Source: an uncultured Tenacibaculum sp. (GTDB taxonomy: Bacteria; Bacteroidota; Bacteroidia; Flavobacteriales; Flavobacteriaceae). From it: a stretch of 64,000 bases of DNA. The notes below the pieces were generated by a model. The model was given only the letters and a program-made list of their open reading frames with translations, did no database searches and was not told the origin of the DNA. The stretch covers positions 12,762-76,761 of the forward strand of contig CAXHZZ010000001.1 in the NCBI GenBank assembly GCA_964021635.1, written 5' to 3'. This document shows, piece after piece, positions 1 to 9,466 of the stretch (position 1 is its first letter; each line of letters opens with the position of its first letter). The translations under genes were made by a program, and so were the position numbers.

Positions 1-2138
1 ATCCTATTGGAATTCATACGGGAGATTCTATTACGGTAGCTCCTGCAATGACACTTTCTGATAAAACTTTCCAAAAAATGCGTGATATGGCAATTCATAT
101 GATGCGTAATATTGGTGATTTTGCAGGTGGATGTAATGTGCAGTTTGCAGTTTCTCCTGATGAAAAAGAAGATATCATTGCTATTGAAATCAATCCACGT
201 GTATCGCGTTCATCCGCTTTAGCGAGTAAAGCAACAGGGTATCCAATAGCAAAAATTGCCGCCAAATTAGCATTAGGCTATCATTTAGATGAGTTAGATA
301 ATCAAATTACAAAATCAACTTCAGCTTTATTTGAGCCAACGTTAGATTATGTAATTGTAAAAATTCCTCGTTGGAATTTTGATAAATTCGAAGGTTCAGA
401 CAGAACTTTAGGGTTACAAATGAAATCTGTAGGTGAAGTAATGGGAATTGGGCGTTCGTTTCAAGAAGCATTGCACAAAGCAACTCAGTCATTAGAGATT
501 AAACGTAATGGTTTAGGTGCTGATGGAAAAGAAAATAAAAATTACGAAGAAATTATAGAGAAGTTAACATACGCTTCTTGGGATCGTGTTTTTATTATTT
601 ATGATGCCATTAAAATGGGAATTCCGTTGAGTAAAATCCACGAAATTACGCAGATTGATATGTGGTTCTTAAAGCAATATGAAGAATTACACGAAATAGA
701 AAAAGAAATTTCTAAATACAGTGTTGATACGCTTGATAGAGACTTGTTATTAGAAGCAAAACAGAAAGGATATGGAGATCGTCAGATTGCACATATGTTA
801 CGATGTTTAGAAAGTGAAGTATATAAAAAGAGAGAAGAGTTAAATATTAATAGAGTTTATAAATTAGTAGATACTTGTGCTGCCGAATTTAAAGCTAAAA
901 CTCCGTATTATTATTCAACTTTCGAAAGTGATATTGTAACTAAAGAGGGTGATACGATAATAGCAAATGAAAGTGAAGTTACACAAAAAAAGAAAATTAT
1001 AGTTTTAGGTTCAGGACCAAACCGAATCGGACAAGGAATTGAATTTGATTATTGTTGTGTACACGGAATTTTAGCTGCTGCCGAATCTGGTTACGAAACG
1101 ATAATGATTAATTGTAACCCAGAAACGGTTTCTACCGATTTTGATACGGCTGATAAATTATACTTCGAACCTGTTTTTTGGGAACATATTTATGATATCA
1201 TCAAACATGAAAAACCAGAAGGAGTTATTGTTCAGTTGGGAGGGCAAACTGCTTTAAAGTTAGCGGAGAAATTAACTAAATATGGTGTTAAAATACTAGG
1301 AACTTCTTTCGAAGCTTTAGATTTGGCAGAAGATAGAGGTAGTTTTTCTGACTTATTAAAAAATAATAATATTCCGTATCCAGAATTCGGAATCGCAGAA
1401 ACTGCAGATGAGGCTTTAGCTTTAGCTGATAAATTAGATTTTCCGATATTGGTAAGACCTTCTTATGTTTTAGGAGGGCAAGGAATGAAAATTGTTATCA
1501 ATAAAGAAGAGTTGATAGAACATGTAGTTGATTTGTTAAGAAGAATGCCTGGTAATAAATTATTATTAGATCATTATTTAGATGGAGCAATTGAAGCAGA
1601 AGCAGATGCAATTTGTGATGGTGAAAACGTGCAGATTATCGGGATTATGGAGCATATTGAGCCTTGTGGAGTGCACTCTGGAGATTCTAATGCAACTTTG
1701 CCAGTGTTTAACTTAGGTGATTTAGTATTACAACAAATAAAAGATCACACAAAAACAATTGCTTTAGAGCTTAAAACAGTTGGTTTAATAAACGTTCAGT
1801 TTGCAATTAAAAACGATATTGTTTATATTATAGAAGCAAATCCGCGTGCATCTCGTACAGTTCCTTTTATTGCAAAGGCATATAAAGAACCTTATGTAAA
1901 TTATGCAACTAAGGTAATGTTAGGAGAAAAAAAGGTAACAGATTTTACTTTTAATCCGCAGTTAGAAGGTTATGCGATAAAGCAACCTGTATTTTCATTT
2001 AATAAGTTTCCGAATGTAAACAAGCAATTGGGACCAGAAATGAAATCGACGGGAGAAAGTATTTTGTTTATTGATGATTTAAAAGATGATCAGTTTTACG
2101 ATTTATACTCAAGACGTAAAATGTACTTGACTAAGTAA
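1..2138 (+). CDS. carB: Carbamoyl-phosphate synthase large subunit, 5'-truncated by the window edge
   Basis: Frame is open from the window start (PIGIHTGDSITVAPA). Motifs EINPRVSRSSALASKATGYPIA, GSGPNRIGQGIEFDY, NCNPETVSTD, HSGDS and EMKSTGE. Confidence 0.97.
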   Translation, partial: PIGIHTGDSITVAPAMTLSDKTFQKMRDMAIHMMRNIGDFAGGCNVQFAVSPDEKEDIIAIEINPRVSRSSALASKATGYPIAKIAAKLALGYHLDELDNQITKSTSALFEPTLDYVIVKIPRWNFDKFEGSDRTLGLQMKSVGEVMGIGRSFQEALHKATQSLEIKRNGLGADGKENKNYEEIIEKLTYASWDRVFIIYDAIKMGIPLSKIHEITQIDMWFLKQYEELHEIEKEISKYSVDTLDRDLLLEAKQKGYGDRQIAHMLRCLESEVYKKREELNINRVYKLVDTCAAEFKAKTPYYYSTFESDIVTKEGDTIIANESEVTQKKKIIVLGSGPNRIGQGIEFDYCCVHGILAAAESGYETIMINCNPETVSTDFDTADKLYFEPVFWEHIYDIIKHEKPEGVIVQLGGQTALKLAEKLTKYGVKILGTSFEALDLAEDRGSFSDLLKNNNIPYPEFGIAETADEALALADKLDFPILVRPSYVLGGQGMKIVINKEELIEHVVDLLRRMPGNKLLLDHYLDGAIEAEADAICDGENVQIIGIMEHIEPCGVHSGDSNATLPVFNLGDLVLQQIKDHTKTIALELKTVGLINVQFAIKNDIVYIIEANPRASRTVPFIAKAYKEPYVNYATKVMLGEKKVTDFTFNPQLEGYAIKQPVFSFNKFPNVNKQLGPEMKSTGESILFIDDLKDDQFYDLYSRRKMYLTK

Positions 2139-2156
2139 ATTTTTAATACATTTATT

Positions 2157-2193
2157 AAAGGCTTATCAATATTTGTTGATAAGCCTTTTTTTT
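2157..2193 (+). terminator. Intrinsic terminator after carB
   Basis: 13-bp stem aaaggcttatcaa/ttgataagccttt, 6-nt loop, T tract. Confidence 0.9.
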
Positions 2194-2209
2194 AACAAAA
2201 AATTAACTG

Positions 2210-2249
2210 GTTGCATATGCAACTAAAATACTTGTTTCTAGTAGTTTTG
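2210..2249 (+). promoter_or_regulatory. Putative MarR operator overlapping the -33 region of the marR-RND promoter
   Basis: Perfect 14-bp palindrome GTTGCATATGCAAC at 2210-2223. Bacteroidetes -7 element TAGTTTTG at 2242-2249. Confidence 0.65.
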
Positions 2250-2268
2250 TAGCTTTTAAAGAATATGT

Positions 2269-2724
2269 ATGGGAATTGAAAATACATTAGCGCCATGGTT
2301 AGGAAAAACTAACAAAATGATAGAAAACCATATTCATGATTTGTTTTTTGAACATAATATTTCATTGACAAAAATACAATGGGTTTTCTTAAAAAATGTG
2401 CAAGAAAAAAATGGAGTGCCACAGCAGGAATTAGCATTTTTAACTGGCAGAGATAAGACATCGTTGACTAGGCTTGTAAATACCATGGAAAAAAAAGGTT
2501 TAGTAGCTAGAATACCGTCTAAACTAGATAGGCGGATTAATAATATTCACATAACTAAAAAAGGAGAAGTTTTATTTAAAGAAACACTGCCGTTAATGGA
2601 GCAATTTGTAACCTCTTTACAAGAAAATATATCCGAAGAAGAAACTGCACAAACAATTAATGTGATTAAAAAAATACAAGAAAACTTAAATATAAAATCA
2701 GCTAAAAGTTGTAGTAACAACTAA
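2269..2724 (+). CDS. MarR family transcriptional regulator
   Basis: 151 aa; wHTH QQELAFLTGRDKTSLTRLVNTMEKKGLV and DRR wing motif. Confidence 0.93.
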   Translation: MGIENTLAPWLGKTNKMIENHIHDLFFEHNISLTKIQWVFLKNVQEKNGVPQQELAFLTGRDKTSLTRLVNTMEKKGLVARIPSKLDRRINNIHITKKGEVLFKETLPLMEQFVTSLQENISEEETAQTINVIKKIQENLNIKSAKSCSNN

Positions 2725-2735
2725 ACAAATAAACC

Positions 2736-3866
2736 ATGAGAAAACTAATTATTGTAGGAGCCGGAGTTGTAGTACTCGGATTGTCATTTATAATTTCCAA
2801 TATTTTAAAAGATAGTAAGGAACTTCCTGTACAGAAAGTTACAAAAGTAGAAAAAACTGTTTTTGTAAAAGAAGTTATAAATGGTGATGTGGCTATAAAC
2901 ATTATTGCAAACGGTAATTTACAGTCTAAAAATAAAGTAGCTATTTATTCAGAGGTACAAGGTGTTTTAAAACCTACATCAAAACCTTTTAAAGCTGGTG
3001 TGTCATATAATAAAGGACAAACATTATTGCACATCAATAGCCAAGAGTTTTATGCTTCTATTCAATCTCAAAGAAGCTCATTACAAAATTTAATAGCTTC
3101 TATTATGCCAGATTTACGATTGGATTATCCAGGTTCTTTTGAAAAATGGAATACCTATTTAAAAAATTATGATATAAATAAAACTGTACAACCGCTTCCT
3201 GAAGCGAATTCAGACAAAGAGAAATATTTCGTAACTGGTAAGAATATATACACAACGTATTATAATGTTAAAAATTTAGAGTCGAGATTAGGTAAATACA
3301 ATCTTAGAGCTCCTTTTAGTGGTGTAGTTACTGAAGCTTTGGTAACAAACGGAACTTTAGTAAGAGTTGGTCAGAAAATGGGTGAATTTATAGATACTTC
3401 AGTTTTTGAATTGGCTTTATCAGTAAACGGAAGCTTTGCTGATATTTTAAAAGTTGGTAAAACGGTTGCACTTCAAAATTTAGAAAAAAATAAAATGTGG
3501 TCCGGTAAAGTTGCCCGAATTAACGGGAAACTAGATCAAGCTACTCAAACAGTTCAAGTTTTTATCGAGGTAAAAGGAAAAGGGTTAAGAGAAGGTATGT
3601 ATTTAGAAGCAAACGTACCTGTAAAAACAATGACAGAAGCTATTGAAATAAACAGAAAACTATTGGTTGAAAATAAAGCAGTTTATGTAGTAAAAAATAA
3701 CGTACTAGATTTAATAAATATCAACCCAGTACATTTTAATGAAAACACAGTAGTTATAAAAGGATTACAAAATGGCGCTCAATTAATCAATAAACCGGTG
3801 GCAGGTGCGTATGCAGGTATGCCTGTTAAGATATTTACAGAAACTACTAACACTGCAAAAAAATAA
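2736..3866 (+). CDS. RND efflux periplasmic adaptor (MFP)
   Basis: N-terminal TM anchor; lipoyl-like LRAPFSGVV motif; directly upstream of the RND permease. Confidence 0.9.
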   Translation: MRKLIIVGAGVVVLGLSFIISNILKDSKELPVQKVTKVEKTVFVKEVINGDVAINIIANGNLQSKNKVAIYSEVQGVLKPTSKPFKAGVSYNKGQTLLHINSQEFYASIQSQRSSLQNLIASIMPDLRLDYPGSFEKWNTYLKNYDINKTVQPLPEANSDKEKYFVTGKNIYTTYYNVKNLESRLGKYNLRAPFSGVVTEALVTNGTLVRVGQKMGEFIDTSVFELALSVNGSFADILKVGKTVALQNLEKNKMWSGKVARINGKLDQATQTVQVFIEVKGKGLREGMYLEANVPVKTMTEAIEINRKLLVENKAVYVVKNNVLDLININPVHFNENTVVIKGLQNGAQLINKPVAGAYAGMPVKIFTETTNTAKK

Positions 3867-3869
3867 GAT

Positions 3870-6800
3870 ATGAAAAAAGTAATTGCATATTTTATAAAAT
3901 ACCCAGTGGCGGTAAATATCATTATTATTGCCTTTGTCGTATTAGGAAGCTTTGGTTTTTCTTCTTTAAAATCATCATTTTTTCCGCTAACGGATGCTAA
4001 ATTTATCAATATAAATGTAGCCTATCCAGGAGCTTCTCCACAAGAGATGGAAGAAGGAGTAGTTTTAAAAATTGAAGATAATTTAAAAGGATTGGTAGGT
4101 GTAGATCGAGTAACATCTACATCATCAGAAAATACAGCGAGTATTTCGGTAGAAATATTAAAAGGGTATGATATTAATGTGGTTTTAGCTGATGTTAAAA
4201 ACGCGGTAGATAAAGTACCTAACTTTCCATCAGGAATGGAACCTGCGGTGGTTGCTAAAATAGAAAACATTGCAGAAACAATTAGTTTTGTGGTTACAGG
4301 AGATAAAATTCCTTTAAAATCATTAAAAAATATTGCTAGAGATATAGAAAATGATATCCGTAGAATAGACGGAATTTCACAGATTTCTGTTTCAGGATAT
4401 CCAGCAGAAGAAATTGAAATAGCTGTTAAAGAAAATGATTTAAGAGCATATGACTTAACATTTGATGATGTTGCAAGAGCAGTTTCTACGGCAAATATAT
4501 TAACCTCAGGAGGTTCTGTAAAAACAGTTGCAGAAGAGTATTTAATTCGAGCAAAAAATCGCTCGTATTATGGTGATGAGCTAGATAATTTGGTGGTAAA
4601 GGCAGATGCTTCTGGAACAATAATTAGATTAAAAGATGTTGCAACTGTAAAAGATATTTGGAATGAAACACCGAATAGAAATTTTTACAACGGAAACTTA
4701 GCGGTGAGAATTCAGGTAAGTAATACCAATAATGAAGATTTATTAACTTCAGCTAAAAAAATAAATGAGTATATAGCCAAGTTTAATAAAGAACACGACA
4801 ATATAAAGATTGAAATTACAAGAGATTCATCAATCACATTAAATCAACGTACCGAACTATTGTTTAAAAATGCATGGCAAGGAATGTTGTTGGTAATGTT
4901 GTTTTTATCGTTGTTTTTACGTCCTAGATTGGCATTTTGGGTAGCCGCCGGATTACCAGTTGCATTTTTCGGAATGTTTATGTTGGCAGGATACTTTAAT
5001 ATTACCATTAACGTATTATCATTATTTGGGATGATTATCGTTATTGGTATTTTGGTAGATGACGGAATTGTAATTGCTGAAAATATTTACCATCATTATG
5101 AAATGGGAAAAAACCCTATTAGAGCTGCCATTGATGGTACGATGGAAGTTGTTCCGCCAATTATATCGGCAATTACTACTACAGTCTTAGCCTTTTCGGT
5201 ATTCTTTTTCTTAGAGGGAAATATAGGAGAGTTTTTTGGCGAAGTTGCTACCGTAGTTGCACTTACCTTAATCCTTTCATTAGTAGAAGCTTTAATTATT
5301 TTGCCAGCACACGTTGCACATTCAAAAGCATTAGATAGAAATCAGAAATTGTATGCTTTTAATAAATATGCAGAAGATTTTATGGATTTTATGCGTGATA
5401 AATTATACGCACCTGCATTGCGATTTGTTTTAGATAATAAGTTCTTCGGATTGATAATTCCGGTTGCATTTTTTATAATCACCATCGGTGCATTTCAAGG
5501 AGGAATTATAAAAGGAACTTTTTTTCCGTCGATAGCGAGTGATAGAGTATCGGTAAATTTAACCATGCCACAAGGAACTAACGAAAAAATTACGGATAGT
5601 ATTATTTCTGTGATAGAAGCAAAAACATGGGAAGTTGAAAAAGAATTCACCGAAAAATATGCAATTACAGATGAGCCGGTTGTTGAAAATATTTTAAAGC
5701 AAATAGGACCAGGTTCTGCAAAAGCATCCTTAAGAATAAATTTATTACCAGGGGAAACAAGAACCTTTGGTTCGAGAGAAATTACCAATGAAATTCGTAA
5801 AAGAGTTGGAGAAGTTTATGGGGTAGAATCCTTAACTTTTGGTTCGGGTGGTAATTTTGGTGGAAGTCCGGTTTCAGTATCATTATTAAGTAACAACATC
5901 GCTGAGTTAAAAGCGGCTAAAACCGAATTAAAATCAGAATTAAGTAAAAATCAGAATTTAAAAGATGTAACAGATAATGATCCGCAAGGAATTAAAGAAA
6001 TCAATATACAGTTAAAAGACAATGCGTATTTATTAGGTTTGAACTTAAACGGAGTAATGTCGCAAATTAGAAGTGGTTTTTTTGGTAGACAAGCGCAGCG
6101 TTTTCAAAGAGGACAAGACGAGATAAAAGTTTGGGTTCGTTATGATAAAAATGAACGTTCGTCGATTAAAAATTTAGATGATATGCGAATTTCTACGCCT
6201 ACAGGTAATAGAGTTCCGTTATCGGAAATAGCAACTTATAATATTGAGCGAGGAGAGATATCTATAAATCACATAGAAGGGCAACGTGAAATTAAAGTAG
6301 ATGCTGATATGAAAGATGCACAAGGAAGTGCTACAGATGTTTTAGATGATATTAAGGCTAGAATAATGCCAGAAATTAAAGCTAAATATCCTTCTGTAAC
6401 AGCATTGTACGAAGGGCAGAATAGAGAAGCGGCAAAAGTTTCGAGTTCAGCAGCATTGGTTGGTCCTGTAATTTTGTTACTAATTTATATTGTAATCGTA
6501 TTTACATTTAGATCATACGGGCAACCATTTATGTTGTTAATTATGGTGCCATTTAGTTTAATTGGTGTTGCATGGGGGCATTGGTTTCATGGTTTTGCTG
6601 TAAATATTTTATCACTTCTAGGAATTATTGCTTTAGTAGGTATTATGGTAAATGATGGTTTGGTACTGATTAGTAAATTTAATAGCTATTTAAAAGAAGG
6701 AATGAGTTTTGATGAAGCAATATTCGCCGCAGGAAAATCGAGATTCAGAGCTATATTTTTAACGACTATAACTACAGTTGCAGGTTTAGCTCCTTTAATT

Positions 6801-7031
6801 TTAGAAACAAGTCGTCAGGCACAGTTTTTAATTCCTATGGCAATATCTATTGCGTACGGAATTATGATTGCTACTTTTTTAACCTTATTAACTTTACCAG
6901 TTTTATTATCAATCGCTAATTACTCTAAAGTATACACATTGTGGTTGTGGGAAGGTAAAAAACCAAACAGAGAATCGGTAGAAAGAGCTATTAAAGAAAT
7001 GGAATCAGAAAAAGCTGAAGAAGCACAGTAA
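3870..7031 (+). CDS. RND efflux permease (AcrB/AcrD/AcrF family)
   Basis: 1053 aa; YPGASP, GILVDDGIVIAENI and RFRAIFLTTITT motifs; two TM bundles with large periplasmic loops. Confidence 0.95.
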   Translation: MKKVIAYFIKYPVAVNIIIIAFVVLGSFGFSSLKSSFFPLTDAKFININVAYPGASPQEMEEGVVLKIEDNLKGLVGVDRVTSTSSENTASISVEILKGYDINVVLADVKNAVDKVPNFPSGMEPAVVAKIENIAETISFVVTGDKIPLKSLKNIARDIENDIRRIDGISQISVSGYPAEEIEIAVKENDLRAYDLTFDDVARAVSTANILTSGGSVKTVAEEYLIRAKNRSYYGDELDNLVVKADASGTIIRLKDVATVKDIWNETPNRNFYNGNLAVRIQVSNTNNEDLLTSAKKINEYIAKFNKEHDNIKIEITRDSSITLNQRTELLFKNAWQGMLLVMLFLSLFLRPRLAFWVAAGLPVAFFGMFMLAGYFNITINVLSLFGMIIVIGILVDDGIVIAENIYHHYEMGKNPIRAAIDGTMEVVPPIISAITTTVLAFSVFFFLEGNIGEFFGEVATVVALTLILSLVEALIILPAHVAHSKALDRNQKLYAFNKYAEDFMDFMRDKLYAPALRFVLDNKFFGLIIPVAFFIITIGAFQGGIIKGTFFPSIASDRVSVNLTMPQGTNEKITDSIISVIEAKTWEVEKEFTEKYAITDEPVVENILKQIGPGSAKASLRINLLPGETRTFGSREITNEIRKRVGEVYGVESLTFGSGGNFGGSPVSVSLLSNNIAELKAAKTELKSELSKNQNLKDVTDNDPQGIKEINIQLKDNAYLLGLNLNGVMSQIRSGFFGRQAQRFQRGQDEIKVWVRYDKNERSSIKNLDDMRISTPTGNRVPLSEIATYNIERGEISINHIEGQREIKVDADMKDAQGSATDVLDDIKARIMPEIKAKYPSVTALYEGQNREAAKVSSSAALVGPVILLLIYIVIVFTFRSYGQPFMLLIMVPFSLIGVAWGHWFHGFAVNILSLLGIIALVGIMVNDGLVLISKFNSYLKEGMSFDEAIFAAGKSRFRAIFLTTITTVAGLAPLILETSRQAQFLIPMAISIAYGIMIATFLTLLTLPVLLSIANYSKVYTLWLWEGKKPNRESVERAIKEMESEKAEEAQ

Positions 7032-7043
7032 AAGAATATAAAG

Positions 7044-8366
7044 ATGAAAACAACTTATTTAATTATCGTATTGCTGTTTGTAAATGTTTCATTTTATGGA
7101 CAAGAAATTCTATCAAAAGAAAAAGCGGTAGAAATAACTTTAACTAATAATTACGATATACGAGTTACTAAAAATAACTTAGCAACGGCTAAAAATAATA
7201 AAAGTATTTATAATACTGGTTATTTGCCAACTGTTACTGCAAATGCAGGAGCTACTTATAGTAGTAATGATACTGATAATGAATTTCAGGATGGTACTGT
7301 AAATTCAGTTAAAGGAGCAGAGTCTAAAGCATACAATGCATCTGTAGGATTAAACTATACTATTTTTAATGGCTTTAACAGGCAAAACACATTTAAACGT
7401 TTAAAGGAATCTTATAATTTAACAGAATTACAAGCCCGACAAGTAATTGAAAATACATTAACTACGTTGTTTTTGGCGTACTATGAAGTAGGAAGATTAA
7501 CTGAAAATGAAGCAACACAAAAAGAAACGTTAAGTATCTCTAAAAACCGATTAAAAAGAGCAATCTATAGTTTTGATTATGGTCAAAATACAAAGTTAGA
7601 TGTTTTAAATGCTGAGGTTGATGTAAATAATGATAGCATTACATATTTAGGTGTAAAAAGAGAATTAGCCAATGCAAAAAGAGACCTAAATGTTGTATTG
7701 GGTCGAAATGTAAACACCGCTATTGATGTAAGTACAGAAGTTACTTATGCGATTGATTTAAATTTAATAGATGTATTAGCAAAGGCAAAAGCCAATAATG
7801 CGACTTTATTACAATCAAAAAAGAATATTGAACTCCGACAATTAGATATTAAAATTAATAAAGCTGGTTGGATGCCAAATGTAGGCTTAACAAGTTCTTA
7901 TGCTTGGAATAAAAGTAATAACGATGCTACGAATGCTTTTAGTCCGATTTCTAACACCAGGAAAGGATTAAACGCAGGTTTAAACTTGTCTTGGAATCTT
8001 TTTGATGGTGGTCGTACAAAAACGAACGTAACCAATGCTAAAATAGCTTTAGAAACACAAGAAATTCAAAAGCAGCAACAAGAAGAGTTGTTAGAAAGAA
8101 ATGTAAATAATGCTTGGGAAACCTACCAAAACGCTTTGTTTTCATTACAAGTTCAAGAAAAGAATGTAATTACAAATAAGCTTAATTTTGATAGAACAGA
8201 TGAGCGCTATAAATTAGGACAAATTACTTCGATAGATTTTCGTCAGGCGCAAATAAATTTAATTAATGCGGAGTTAAGTGTTAGTAATGCGAAGTATACT
8301 GCGAAAAATGCTGAATTGCAATTGCTACAATTAGCAGGAACGTTATTAGATAATAAAAATTTCTAG
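7044..8366 (+). CDS. TolC family outer membrane efflux protein
   Basis: Signal peptide; duplicated OEP repeats (YLPTV...YTIFNG; WMPNV...WNLFDGG; RYKLGQIT). Confidence 0.92.
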   Translation: MKTTYLIIVLLFVNVSFYGQEILSKEKAVEITLTNNYDIRVTKNNLATAKNNKSIYNTGYLPTVTANAGATYSSNDTDNEFQDGTVNSVKGAESKAYNASVGLNYTIFNGFNRQNTFKRLKESYNLTELQARQVIENTLTTLFLAYYEVGRLTENEATQKETLSISKNRLKRAIYSFDYGQNTKLDVLNAEVDVNNDSITYLGVKRELANAKRDLNVVLGRNVNTAIDVSTEVTYAIDLNLIDVLAKAKANNATLLQSKKNIELRQLDIKINKAGWMPNVGLTSSYAWNKSNNDATNAFSPISNTRKGLNAGLNLSWNLFDGGRTKTNVTNAKIALETQEIQKQQQEELLERNVNNAWETYQNALFSLQVQEKNVITNKLNFDRTDERYKLGQITSIDFRQAQINLINAELSVSNAKYTAKNAELQLLQLAGTLLDNKNF

Positions 8367-8384
8367 AAATAGAATTTTAACTTA

Positions 8385-8430
8385 AAAAGAAAAAAATCCG
8401 AAGTTAGCTAACTTCGGATTTTTTTCTTTT
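8385..8430. terminator. Bidirectional terminator (46-bp perfect palindrome)
   Basis: aaaagaaaaaaatccgaagttag|ctaacttcggatttttttctttt between convergent genes. Confidence 0.9.
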
Positions 8431-8977
8431 ACAATTCAATTTTTACGTTGTACTTTTCCAAGTAGGAGATATAATTGTTAGGAACAAAATTTTCGCTATC
8501 AAACTCATCTTTACGTTTGTTCTTCATCTCAATACGTTTTATCGCTTTTAAAAACCTACTTACCTCAATATCATTTCTTACAATTAAACCAGGAACTTCA
8601 ATACTTTTTCCTTCATCATCTTTTGCAACCATTGTAAAGTAAGAAGAATTGCAATGTTTCTTTTTTCCTGTTCTAATATTTTCTGCATCTACACGAATAC
8701 CAATTACCATAGAAGTTCTTCCAGTATAATTTACAGAGGCTTTCATGGTAACTAATTCGCCAACTTCAATCGGGCTTAAAAAATCTACAGTATCAACCGA
8801 AGCAGTAACACAATATTCACCAGAATGTTTAGAAGCACAAGCAAAGGCTATTTGATCCAATAAAGACAAAATATAACCTCCATGAATTTTACCACTAAAG
8901 TTAGCGTGCGAAGGCAGCATTAATTCAGAAATTGTAATATAGGTTTCTTCTACGTATTTATGTTTTTTGTTATTCAT
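8429..8977 (-). CDS. Acyl-CoA thioesterase (hotdog fold, YciA-like)
   Basis: PSHANFSGKIHGG...LLDQIA; VTASVDTVDFLSPI; GRTSM. Confidence 0.92.
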   Translation of the reverse strand: MNNKKHKYVEETYITISELMLPSHANFSGKIHGGYILSLLDQIAFACASKHSGEYCVTASVDTVDFLSPIEVGELVTMKASVNYTGRTSMVIGIRVDAENIRTGKKKHCNSSYFTMVAKDDEGKSIEVPGLIVRNDIEVSRFLKAIKRIEMKNKRKDEFDSENFVPNNYISYLEKYNVKIEL

Positions 8978-9353
8978 TTGATGGTTTTAAGCCTCTAAAA
9001 TGTGGTGAAACTTCTTCTTCTACTTTGGTTATGAAATATTTAGTATCGCCTAACCAAAAATAAGTGCTATAGCGTTCTTTGTAAGTAACTTTTACATAAC
9101 GACCTTGAAATTTTTTTAAATCGGCAATAACCGATTCTGCTTGATCTTCAACAGAAAAAGAAAAAATTTGCGCGCCAGAAATACCTTGGCTAATTTCTCC
9201 TTCCCATGTTTTAATAAACATTCCTTTGTTACTAATTTTTATCAGTTCGCCAGAACGAACACCTTCACTATAAGGCACATAATATATAAAAGCGTAATAT
9301 AATGTTGCGATTAGTAAAATAGCGCCAATAATTAAAGCTAAAATCTTTTTCAT
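8970..9353 (-). CDS. Conserved hypothetical single-TM protein with a beta-rich C-terminal domain
   Basis: 127 aa; N-terminal TM; YSEGVRSGELIKISNKG and KTWEGE; overlaps the thioesterase start by 8 bp. Confidence 0.8.
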   Translation of the reverse strand: MKKILALIIGAILLIATLYYAFIYYVPYSEGVRSGELIKISNKGMFIKTWEGEISQGISGAQIFSFSVEDQAESVIADLKKFQGRYVKVTYKERYSTYFWLGDTKYFITKVEEEVSPHFRGLKPSNE

Positions 9354-9389
9354 TGCTTAGAAGTTAAATCCTTTAGGGTTTGTTTAGAA

Positions 9390-9443
9390 CAAAAGTAATG
9401 TTAAATTTTAGACTTAAAAAATGAAAGGAAAGTAGTAAGTTTG
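9390..9443. promoter_or_regulatory. Divergent housekeeping promoters (-7 elements)
   Basis: TACTTTTG on minus strand (9390-9397) and TAAGTTTG on plus strand (9436-9443) match the TAnnTTTG consensus. Confidence 0.65.
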
Positions 9444-9466
9444 TGTATCTTCAAAAAAGAAATACA

